NCBI GenBank assembly: GCA_943788915.1
Contig: CALSSD010000003.1
Coordinates: forward strand, 50,663-74,662
Direction: 5' to 3'
DNA: 24,000 bases
Origin: an uncultured Acidimicrobiales bacterium
GTDB taxonomy: Bacteria; Actinomycetota; Acidimicrobiia; Acidimicrobiales; UBA10347
Shown: in pieces, positions 6,847-13,491 of the stretch
How the letters are laid out: the number at the start of each line of letters is the position of its first letter
Position numbering within the stretch: position 1 is the first letter of the stretch
Made by a program: the position numbers and the translations under genes
The notes under the pieces: generated by a model
What the model saw: only the letters and a program-made list of their open reading frames with translations
Database searches by the model: none
What the model was told of the DNA's origin: nothing

Positions 6847-7746
6847 TCAGATTCCATCAGATGTTTGGGCACTGCGGTGAGCGGCACGGTCGAACGCATC
6901 GCAGGCTTCGTTTGCATTCGACGAAACGGTATCGACAACGCCATCGAAGCCAACTGCTCCGCCGGCAAGCGCTGGGCCACCTACAACGATAAAGGCATCA
7001 GGAAGTGCGGCTCTCATAGCCTTGGCCTGCTCCACGGCCGCGGGAAGAATGCCGCCGAGGACAGCACATGCGCCGATCCCTACCAAGTCATCACACCCTT
7101 GGGCAACAGCCACAAACGACTCGGTCGGCGTATTCGCACCCAAATCGATGACCGAGAAGCGACGGTCGCTGAGCAGATCCGACATCATTGCACTGGGGAT
7201 TCCGTGCGGGTCGCCGGCAAATGCCCCAATGACGATAGTCCCGCGCCGCCGCCCTCGATGTCGGAAGAGTGGACCAAGTTGGCCGAGCAACCGGTAGGTG
7301 GTCGACGTAGCACGGTGCTCGTCGGCAACCGTCAAGGCTCCACGGGCCCAACCTTCGCCGACCGCAACGAGCGCGTTGCCCAGCAGTTGACTATGCACCT
7401 GACCCGGCGTGGCTCCGGCACTGAGCGCATCGGTGATGATGTTCCAGCATCCTGCCGTGTCGCCAGCGATCAGCCGGTCGGTGAACGGCGCAACCATAAG
7501 TTGGCGCGGAGCACCGTCTCGGTCAGGAGTCTGGCGACGAGGTCCGGTACCTTCGGCGAGAACCGCTGCAAGGTCGGCAGAAGCGACCCACCACTTACCA
7601 CCCCGTTTCTCCGCGGCCATCCGGCCAGTGCGCACATACCGGTACGCCGTCATGTAATGCACGCCGAGCGACTCGGCTGCTTCGGCCAACGTTGCTAGTT
7701 CTGTCGTCGGCGACGTGCCAGCGCCAGAGCTCAACGCACGAACCAC
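6847..7746 (-). CDS. Transcriptional regulator: excisionase/MerR-superfamily HTH fused to a B12-binding helical-bundle plus B12-binding Rossmann-like domain (CarH/LitR-like architecture)
   Basis: The N-terminus LATLAEAAESLGVHYMTAYRYVRTGRMAAEKRGGKWWVASADL is an HTH_17-type helix-turn-helix. The middle FTDRLIAGDTAGCWNIITDALSAGATPGQVHSQLLGNALVAVGEGWARGALTVADEHRAT resembles the B12-binding_2 bundle. The C-terminal TIVIGAFAGDPHGIPSAMMSDLLSDRRFSVIDLGANTP...IVVGGPAL resembles the cobalamin-binding domain, with DPHGIP in place of the canonical DxHxxG. Confidence 0.8.
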   Translation of the reverse strand: MVRALSSGAGTSPTTELATLAEAAESLGVHYMTAYRYVRTGRMAAEKRGGKWWVASADLAAVLAEGTGPRRQTPDRDGAPRQLMVAPFTDRLIAGDTAGCWNIITDALSAGATPGQVHSQLLGNALVAVGEGWARGALTVADEHRATSTTYRLLGQLGPLFRHRGRRRGTIVIGAFAGDPHGIPSAMMSDLLSDRRFSVIDLGANTPTESFVAVAQGCDDLVGIGACAVLGGILPAAVEQAKAMRAALPDAFIVVGGPALAGGAVGFDGVVDTVSSNANEACDAFDRAAHRSAQTSDGI

Positions 7747-7814
7747 ACGAAGTTTGGATGTTTCATCACGCGTCGGGTTTCAGCGGAACATTTGGCAGGG
7801 TACCGAAATGGACA

Positions 7815-8108
7815 CTAGGCCACTTCACTCTCGGGTTCTTGTTCACGGTCTTCGTGTCGCGCCTTACGCGCGGCCGCGGCGACTGCTCGCCGGTGGGGTG
7901 AACGAGGTCCGAACCCTGCGGCGGCGCGTTGTTCATCGTCTTCGCCTCCCCACAGACCGTGTTCCCGCCCCGCGCGACCAGCGTCACGACATTCGTCTGC
8001 AACCGGGCAACATGCGCAATACGAGCGCGCTAGGGCCTCACGCCGATTTCGGCGGCCGTCACGTTCGCCTGGTACGGCGAAGAAGATGTGGGTCTTGCCC
8101 CGACACAT
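7815..8108 (-). CDS. whiB: WhiB family [4Fe-4S] transcriptional regulator (WhiB1-like)
   Basis: MCRGKTHIFF...ARSYCACCPVADECRDAGRAGREHGLWGGEDDEQR carries the four-Cys pattern C-x28-C-x2-C-x5-C, the G[VL]WGG turn and a basic C-terminal tail. ATG 8108 is the only start codon available (see finding on the N-terminus). Confidence 0.88.
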   Translation of the reverse strand: MCRGKTHIFFAVPGERDGRRNRREALARSYCACCPVADECRDAGRAGREHGLWGGEDDEQRAAAGFGPRSPHRRAVAAAARKARHEDREQEPESEVA

Positions 8109-8338
8109 CGCGCTTTGATGCCAATCATCGGCGCGAGGGGGCGGGAACGGGCGACCCTAGACGGTCGAGGAACGCTTGGAAATTGAGCGAATCAGCCACA
8201 CATTCTGTTTAGCACTAAATAGACTCAAATGCGGCAGGTAAATGAAGAACCGCCACCTGTCACTTTCGAAACAGCGTCGATCGATGCGATACTGGCGAGC
8301 GATGTGGAGTTCAGGCACCAAAACGCGTCGCGCTCGCG

Positions 8339-9199
8339 ATGGCCTTGTTGGCCGGTGCCTCCACCTTCTTCGGCTCTGCGCATGCTTCGCAAACCGTCGA
8401 CCCCCAGTTCCAAAACATCGTCGACGATCCGGCCCTCTTCGACCTTGAGCTGGCCCAAGCCGAACTCGACGGCCTCCGACTCGACGCCGATCGATTACGA
8501 CGTGAGCTGGCCGACGTCCTCAACACCATCGACGGTCTGACTATCGAACGCGACTTCATCGAACTCAATGATCAAGCCCGCAACGATGTCATGCAGCAGT
8601 CGCGCACCCAAGCTCGAAACATGGCGATCAGCGCGTATATCGGCATCGGCCCACCCGTCTCAAGCATCGTCGTGCTCGACGCTGCCTCCGCCAATGACTT
8701 GAGCTACCGGAACGGACTTCTCCGCCAACAAGCCGAGCGGCTCCAACAGGCGGCCCGTAACTATTCGATGCTCGCTGGGCAGGCTGACAGCGCGGTCCTC
8801 GCATATGGCGACTCGATCAACGACGCAATCCGGGTCACCGAAGCACTTAATCGGACACTTGCCCGAACCGTCGAGCAGATTCCGTACGCCGAATGGGTCG
8901 TGAGTATCGCAGAGATCCATCACCTGGCCGACGGCGAGTTCGAAGACAGCCGTCGCATACAACCAACCGCTGAGGAATGGCGCAAACTACGGTTCTGCGA
9001 GTCCACCGAGACCTACAACATCGATACTGGCAACACGTTCTATGGCGCCTACCAGTTCACCTGGGACACGTGGGGAACCGTTGGCGGCTCCGACAACCCG
9101 GCACATGCACCTGCTGCGGAGCAGGACGCCCGGGCCCGACTGTTGTACGCCACACGGGGCTCCCAACCGTGGCCGATCTGCGGCCGGTTCCTTCCGTAA
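8339..9199 (+). CDS. Secreted Rpf-like (resuscitation-promoting-factor type) transglycosylase domain protein with a coiled-coil-like N-terminal region
   Basis: The N-terminus MALLAGASTFFGSAHA/SQ is signal-peptide-like. The C-terminal WRKLRFCESTETYNIDTGNTFYGAYQFTWDTWGTVGG...AAEQDARARLLYATRGSQPWPICG matches the Rpf/transglycosylase-like domain pattern (W..l..CES..n....tGN.yyG.yQF...TW...GG...eQ...A..l....G..pWp.CG). Confidence 0.85.
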   Translation: MALLAGASTFFGSAHASQTVDPQFQNIVDDPALFDLELAQAELDGLRLDADRLRRELADVLNTIDGLTIERDFIELNDQARNDVMQQSRTQARNMAISAYIGIGPPVSSIVVLDAASANDLSYRNGLLRQQAERLQQAARNYSMLAGQADSAVLAYGDSINDAIRVTEALNRTLARTVEQIPYAEWVVSIAEIHHLADGEFEDSRRIQPTAEEWRKLRFCESTETYNIDTGNTFYGAYQFTWDTWGTVGGSDNPAHAPAAEQDARARLLYATRGSQPWPICGRFLP

Positions 9200-9235
9200 C
9201 CCAATCTCTGCGAACGACGCAATAAGCTCAGCGCC

Positions 9236-11248
9236 GTGACTGTTGCCATGGTGCTGATCTTCGCCACGTGCATCACCGCTGGCGTCGGTTTGACCTTCCA
9301 CACCGGACTCGACATGAGATCCGAGGAACGGTTTTTTGGGGGCTGGGTCCTTGGCATCGTGGCCTTCACCCTCAGCGGCATCCTGTTCACCCGGCTGTTC
9401 AGCTTTGGCGGCGCGGCCGTTGCAATCGCTGCGGTCGGGGTACTTGCTGCCTCATTGCCGGGTTGGCGCCGAGGCACAACCCAATGGCACCGAGAGATCA
9501 GCGATCTTCGCGAACGGCTGGCCCAGCCGCTCCTAAGCGGCAAGAACCCCATAGTGCTCGCAGCACTCCTGCTACCAGTGTGGGTGCTCATCGGTCGCAT
9601 GTTCTACTTTGCCTACCAGACCAGCGCCGACGGCGGGATTGCGGTTGGGCACCTGGCAACGTTCTCGGATTGGCAGGCGCACCTGACCTACACCGCGTCA
9701 TTCGCCTACGCCGACAACACAGCACTGAACCTGCCTCTCGCCACCGGCAACAACATCGGTTACCACGCAGGCATCAACTATTTCTCGGCGTTACTCATCC
9801 CCGCCGGAGCAACACTTCCCGGAGCCCTGCAGGTCTCCGGCGCATTCACGCTCATGGCTTTCCCTGGTGTGATGTACAGCGTTGGCATGCGAGTGTTCAA
9901 TCGCCAGGCCGTAGCGCTACTTGGCACCACCCTCTTCCTCTTCTTTGGTGGCTGGGGCTTCATCGACTTCTTCCGAGACCTGGCTGACGGCGGAGCCGAA
10001 GTGCTGAGCAGCCTGCCTCGCACCTACACCCGACTCCCTGACATCCCGACAGCCCAGGGCCAGACCTGGTGGAACACCAACCCGATCGTGCTCGAGAATC
10101 CGATCGTGGGCCACTTCTTCCCGCAACGACCCACCATGATTGGGTTCCCCCTCGTACTGCTGGTGTTGGGTTGGTTGTACACCGCCTGGTCCGATATCGA
10201 AGACCGAGGCACGGACCGGACCCGAACACTCCTCTTCTGTGGCGTGCTCGTTGGGCTCACACCGTTCTTCAACCTGTTTGCCTTCGGCGTTCCGCTGGCG
10301 TTTGTCGGCGTCTGGTGGATCGGCACCCGGTTCCGAACCGAGTGGTTGTACTTCTTGCTACCCGCTGCGCTGCTCGCATCACCCGTCGTACTGTTCCTGC
10401 AACCGCCATCGAGTTCGCTCGAATACCCGTATGACTGGGTCGAACATATTCGCAACCCAGCTGGGGTCCCCGACGACCTTGGCGCCTTCAGCCGAGTCGG
10501 CCATTGGATCACGTTCTGGTTCCGCAACCTCGGTTTCTTCTTGCCGTTACTCGTCGCTGCCCAGGTTGCGCGCGGGGTGTTACCCAAACGGTTGGCAATC
10601 GGCCTCACCCCCCTGTGGCTGTTCTTTGTCGTGCCGAACGCGATCAAGCCCCATCCATGGAATGGCAACAACACCCACTACTTCATCTTCGTGCTGCTGC
10701 TCGGGGCTCTTCCAATTGCAGCGTTGCTCGTACATACCGCCCGCAAGATGCCCCTCAGCACGGTCGCTATCGTGCCGCTGTGTTTCACGCTGATGGCCAG
10801 CGGCTTCATTGATGTGCTCGTCACGAACGACCAGGCAACCTCGCCGTGGCCCCTTACCGCAATGGACAGCGCTGGCGTCGCTGTCGGCGAATGGGCCCGA
10901 ACAACCGACACCGATGCAGTCTTTGTCATCGAGCTCGGGTGGGCCGAAGGCCAGGCATCACCACATCAACATCCGGTGCCGGCGCTCAGCGGGCGTGACG
11001 TACTTGTCGGTAACGACGGCTGGGTCTTTGACCTGGGCATCGAAGACTGGTCCGTCCGTAAAGACCATTCTCGAATCATTCTCGAAGCGGGTGCCGGGTA
11101 CAAAGATCTGATTGACATCTACGATGTCGACTACCTGGTTGTCGGGCCAAACACCCGCACCCCCAACTGGGATCCAAACATTGCGTTCTGGGAAGAGGCA
11201 GCAGATGTCGTCTATCGACATGCCGGCTGGACTGTCTACGAAGTCTGA
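9236..11248 (+). CDS. 670-aa polytopic membrane protein, GT-C-like; apparent divergent paralog of the DUF2298/YYY module, with a C-terminal soluble domain
   Basis: The long ORF is hydrophobic for about 520 aa with many TM-length segments. An acidic pair follows the first TM helix (LDMRSEERFFGGW; EE at 9323-9328). The loop GHLATFSDWQAHLTYTASFAYADNTALNLPLATGNNIGYHAGINYF parallels [38 protein letters not shown] of the 1490-aa protein. The C-terminal ...DLIDIYDVDYLVVGPNTR...VVYRHAGWTVYEV parallels ...FLRAFDVSYVIVGSLER...LVFGNEQLGIYAV. The start could be GTG 9236 or ATG 9248. Confidence 0.8.
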   Translation: MTVAMVLIFATCITAGVGLTFHTGLDMRSEERFFGGWVLGIVAFTLSGILFTRLFSFGGAAVAIAAVGVLAASLPGWRRGTTQWHREISDLRERLAQPLLSGKNPIVLAALLLPVWVLIGRMFYFAYQTSADGGIAVGHLATFSDWQAHLTYTASFAYADNTALNLPLATGNNIGYHAGINYFSALLIPAGATLPGALQVSGAFTLMAFPGVMYSVGMRVFNRQAVALLGTTLFLFFGGWGFIDFFRDLADGGAEVLSSLPRTYTRLPDIPTAQGQTWWNTNPIVLENPIVGHFFPQRPTMIGFPLVLLVLGWLYTAWSDIEDRGTDRTRTLLFCGVLVGLTPFFNLFAFGVPLAFVGVWWIGTRFRTEWLYFLLPAALLASPVVLFLQPPSSSLEYPYDWVEHIRNPAGVPDDLGAFSRVGHWITFWFRNLGFFLPLLVAAQVARGVLPKRLAIGLTPLWLFFVVPNAIKPHPWNGNNTHYFIFVLLLGALPIAALLVHTARKMPLSTVAIVPLCFTLMASGFIDVLVTNDQATSPWPLTAMDSAGVAVGEWARTTDTDAVFVIELGWAEGQASPHQHPVPALSGRDVLVGNDGWVFDLGIEDWSVRKDHSRIILEAGAGYKDLIDIYDVDYLVVGPNTRTPNWDPNIAFWEEAADVVYRHAGWTVYEV

Positions 11249-13400
11249 AGCCACCACAACCGAAACTGTTAAACCAGGCGACGACCGGTTGGTCATCGCT
11301 GGCTTTCGCATGCCGCGGACCGGCCCGCTCGTCGTGCTGTTCCTAGCACTTGCGCTTGTGCTGAGACTGTGGGAGCTCGGCGAGCGACCGTTCCATCACG
11401 ACGAGAGTCTCGACGCGTGGTGGAGCTGGCGATTCCGCAACGGCGAATACACCGGCTACGACCCGGTGTACCACGGGCCACTTCGTTTCTACATCACCGC
11501 CGGTTTCTATGAACTCTTCGGCGAGACCGATGCTGTAGCTCGGCTCTTCTCCGCTCTGACCGGTACTGCGGTCGTTGGATTACCTTGGTTCCTACGACGC
11601 GAACTCGGACGAGCCGGCACGATTGCGGCCGCAGCGGCGCTCACCGTTTCGCCCACGATGTTGTACTACTCCCGGTTCGGGCGCGAAGACGCCCAGATGG
11701 TGTTCCTGACTCTGTTGGCAATGGTCCTTGGCCTGTCGTACCTTCGTTCACCTCGGGCGCTCACAGCGACTGGGCTCACGTTCACACTTGCTTGCAGCTT
11801 TGCCATCAAGGAGTCCACGTATCTGTTCGGGCTGCTGCTCGCAGTCTTCATGCTGATCATCCTGGCTGCCCAGTTCGATGCGCAAAACCGGGTGGCAGCC
11901 GGAACCGAAGCAGACGCCAACAAGCTCAATCCCGCATTCGTCAGTGCAACCTTGGTCTTTGCGAGCGCAGGTCTCACGGTCGTCGCCGTCATCGGGCATT
12001 TGTCCGGTGAACTGTTTCCTCTAGTTGCGATCTATATGGCCGCACTCGCTGCGTTCGTGCTAGCCACTGCGCTCCCCCGTATCCGAGGCCGCCACACCGA
12101 CCCCGACTACGAATGGCCTTCACTCATCAACGCGATCACGGCGATTGGTTGGCGAGGCTGGTCGGTTGCACTCGGTGTCTTTGCTGTTTCCTGGTTGTTG
12201 TTCTTCACCGTATGGTTTCGCGAACCCGGCGACTGGGCGACAGGTTTCACTCGAGCCATCGAGTATTGGGATAGCCAACAAGAGGTCAACCGCGGCGGCC
12301 AACCCTGGTACTACTACCTCTACGCGCTGCCGATTTATGAATGGCTGTTCGTTGTACTTGCGTTTATCGGCGGATGGCGGGGCTTGCGCAAACCCACAAT
12401 GATGTCGGTGCTCATGGTGTGGTTTGCCGTAGGAAGCCTGATTCTGTACAGCTACGCAGGCGAACGTATGCCATGGCTTATCGCCCATCCTTTGCTTCCT
12501 ATCCTGATCCTGGCAGCGCTTGGGGTGCAGCATCTGTGGCAGCATCGCAGCCGGGTCGGCATGCCTGCGGTCGGTGTTGTCTTGGGACTGGCGTTGTTGT
12601 TCACTACGAGCACGTCGATTCGTGCCAGCTTCTCGAATGGGGCCGATAGTCGCGAGATCCTGAGCCAGGCCGGCCAGGCCACACCCCACCTCACTGCTGG
12701 GCTCGCCCGCCTCGAAACGATCGACGAGATCTCCCTGCGAGAAACCGGCCAACCTGCCCGGCTCGCCATTGGGTCAGCCAATGCGTGGCCCTACAGCTGG
12801 TACCTGCGCGATCGGGCTGGTATGACCTGGTTCAACAGTTGTGACGGGCCACCAGTCGATGGTTCAGCCGATGTCATCATCGTCGACCGTAACCTGACGT
12901 GCACGACTGATAATACCTCCCGAGAGTTGCGGCCCCAGGAAGAGTTCGTTGACTACCAGTCCACGCTTTTCGCGATGCGATCATGGTGGGTTCCGACCTA
13001 TAACGATGCCGGTCCGCTCGGCTGGATCCGATATGCCCGTGACCGTACCCTTTGGCAGCAAAACCCGAATCCGGGGTTTGTCGGGGTACGAGACGTCGCA
13101 GACGAGGATGTCGACGGCGGCATCGGCGCAACGCTAAACCGAATTCAGGACGGGGCCGACTCCGCCGCCGATGGGTTCGTGGGATTCGCCGGCGCCGATG
13201 ACGATCGGGTACCCGACCCCATCAACCCTGGCGCATTCGTGGAACCAGAAGACGGCCGTGATGGCTGCGGTTCGGTCGATCAATGGTTCCTGGTTCACAA
13301 CCGTTTCGCTTTCAGCGAACGGGTTGTCGATTCCGGTCCGATCGAAGCAATAGCTCCACTCGCCTGCGCGAGCGACCCGAACTCAACCCCTCGGGGATAA
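11205..13400 (+). CDS. Polytopic membrane protein of the TIGR03663 type (PMT_2/ArnT-like GT-C; in NCBI naming I believe 'flippase activity-associated protein Agl23' family)
   Basis: LRLWELGERPFHHDESLDAWWSWRF...GYDPVYHGPLRFYITAG...TVSPTMLYYSRFGREDAQMVF contains the DE dipeptide (11400-11405) and HGP tripeptide (11472-11480), which I recall as the invariant TIGR03663 residues. TM segments continue for about 450 aa, followed by a C-terminal soluble part. I chose the start at ATG 11205 because GGAAGAGG lies 6 nt upstream; this overlaps the upstream gene by 44 nt. ATG 11220 or 11310 are alternatives, and the ORF-track start 11112 is unlikely. Confidence 0.85.
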   Translation: MSSIDMPAGLSTKSEATTTETVKPGDDRLVIAGFRMPRTGPLVVLFLALALVLRLWELGERPFHHDESLDAWWSWRFRNGEYTGYDPVYHGPLRFYITAGFYELFGETDAVARLFSALTGTAVVGLPWFLRRELGRAGTIAAAAALTVSPTMLYYSRFGREDAQMVFLTLLAMVLGLSYLRSPRALTATGLTFTLACSFAIKESTYLFGLLLAVFMLIILAAQFDAQNRVAAGTEADANKLNPAFVSATLVFASAGLTVVAVIGHLSGELFPLVAIYMAALAAFVLATALPRIRGRHTDPDYEWPSLINAITAIGWRGWSVALGVFAVSWLLFFTVWFREPGDWATGFTRAIEYWDSQQEVNRGGQPWYYYLYALPIYEWLFVVLAFIGGWRGLRKPTMMSVLMVWFAVGSLILYSYAGERMPWLIAHPLLPILILAALGVQHLWQHRSRVGMPAVGVVLGLALLFTTSTSIRASFSNGADSREILSQAGQATPHLTAGLARLETIDEISLRETGQPARLAIGSANAWPYSWYLRDRAGMTWFNSCDGPPVDGSADVIIVDRNLTCTTDNTSRELRPQEEFVDYQSTLFAMRSWWVPTYNDAGPLGWIRYARDRTLWQQNPNPGFVGVRDVADEDVDGGIGATLNRIQDGADSAADGFVGFAGADDDRVPDPINPGAFVEPEDGRDGCGSVDQWFLVHNRFAFSERVVDSGPIEAIAPLACASDPNSTPRG

Positions 13401-13434
13401 TCGGGCCACGACGCCCAACCCCTTCAACCGTGAC

Positions 13435-13485
13435 GCAAATTTGGAGCGTGGTGTACCCATTTCGTACATCATGCTCCTAATTTGC
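13435..13485. terminator. Extended imperfect hairpin in the 91-nt gap between convergent genes; possible bidirectional terminator
   Basis: The outer arms are GCAAATTTGGAGC (13435-13447) and GCTCCTAATTTGC (13473-13485), pairing at 12 of 13 positions. They enclose an inner stem TGTAC/GTACA with a 7-nt loop. The element is AT-rich relative to its surroundings. There is no clear U-tract on either strand, so terminator function is only inferred. Confidence 0.4.
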
Positions 13486-13491
13486 ATTTCG

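Noticed and set aside
6865-7698. Plus-strand ORF of 277 aa
   Set aside because: It is antisense to the HTH/B12-domain regulator, which has clear domain signatures. Its composition is Arg-rich and shadow-like.
8137-8151. G-rich tract GGGGGCGGGAACGGG as a potential G-quadruplex
   Set aside because: There are only three G-runs. A canonical intramolecular quadruplex needs four.
8160-8338. Possible cyclic-di-AMP (ydaO-type) riboswitch upstream of the Rpf-like gene, as is known for some actinobacterial rpf genes
   Set aside because: The roughly 100 nt between the likely promoter region and the start lack the paired GGGG...ACCC / GAAUC-type conserved blocks I associate with that motif. The G-rich part lies further upstream, in the whiB 5' region. 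A cmsearch would be needed to be certain.
9268-10793. Overlapping ORFs in other frames of the 670-aa gene (9268-9987 +, 10024-10674 -, 10140-10793 +)
   Set aside because: They are Arg/Pro/Ser-rich off-frame products. The 9236-11248 frame gives consistent TM-helix periodicity and a domain homologous to the C-terminus of the giant protein.
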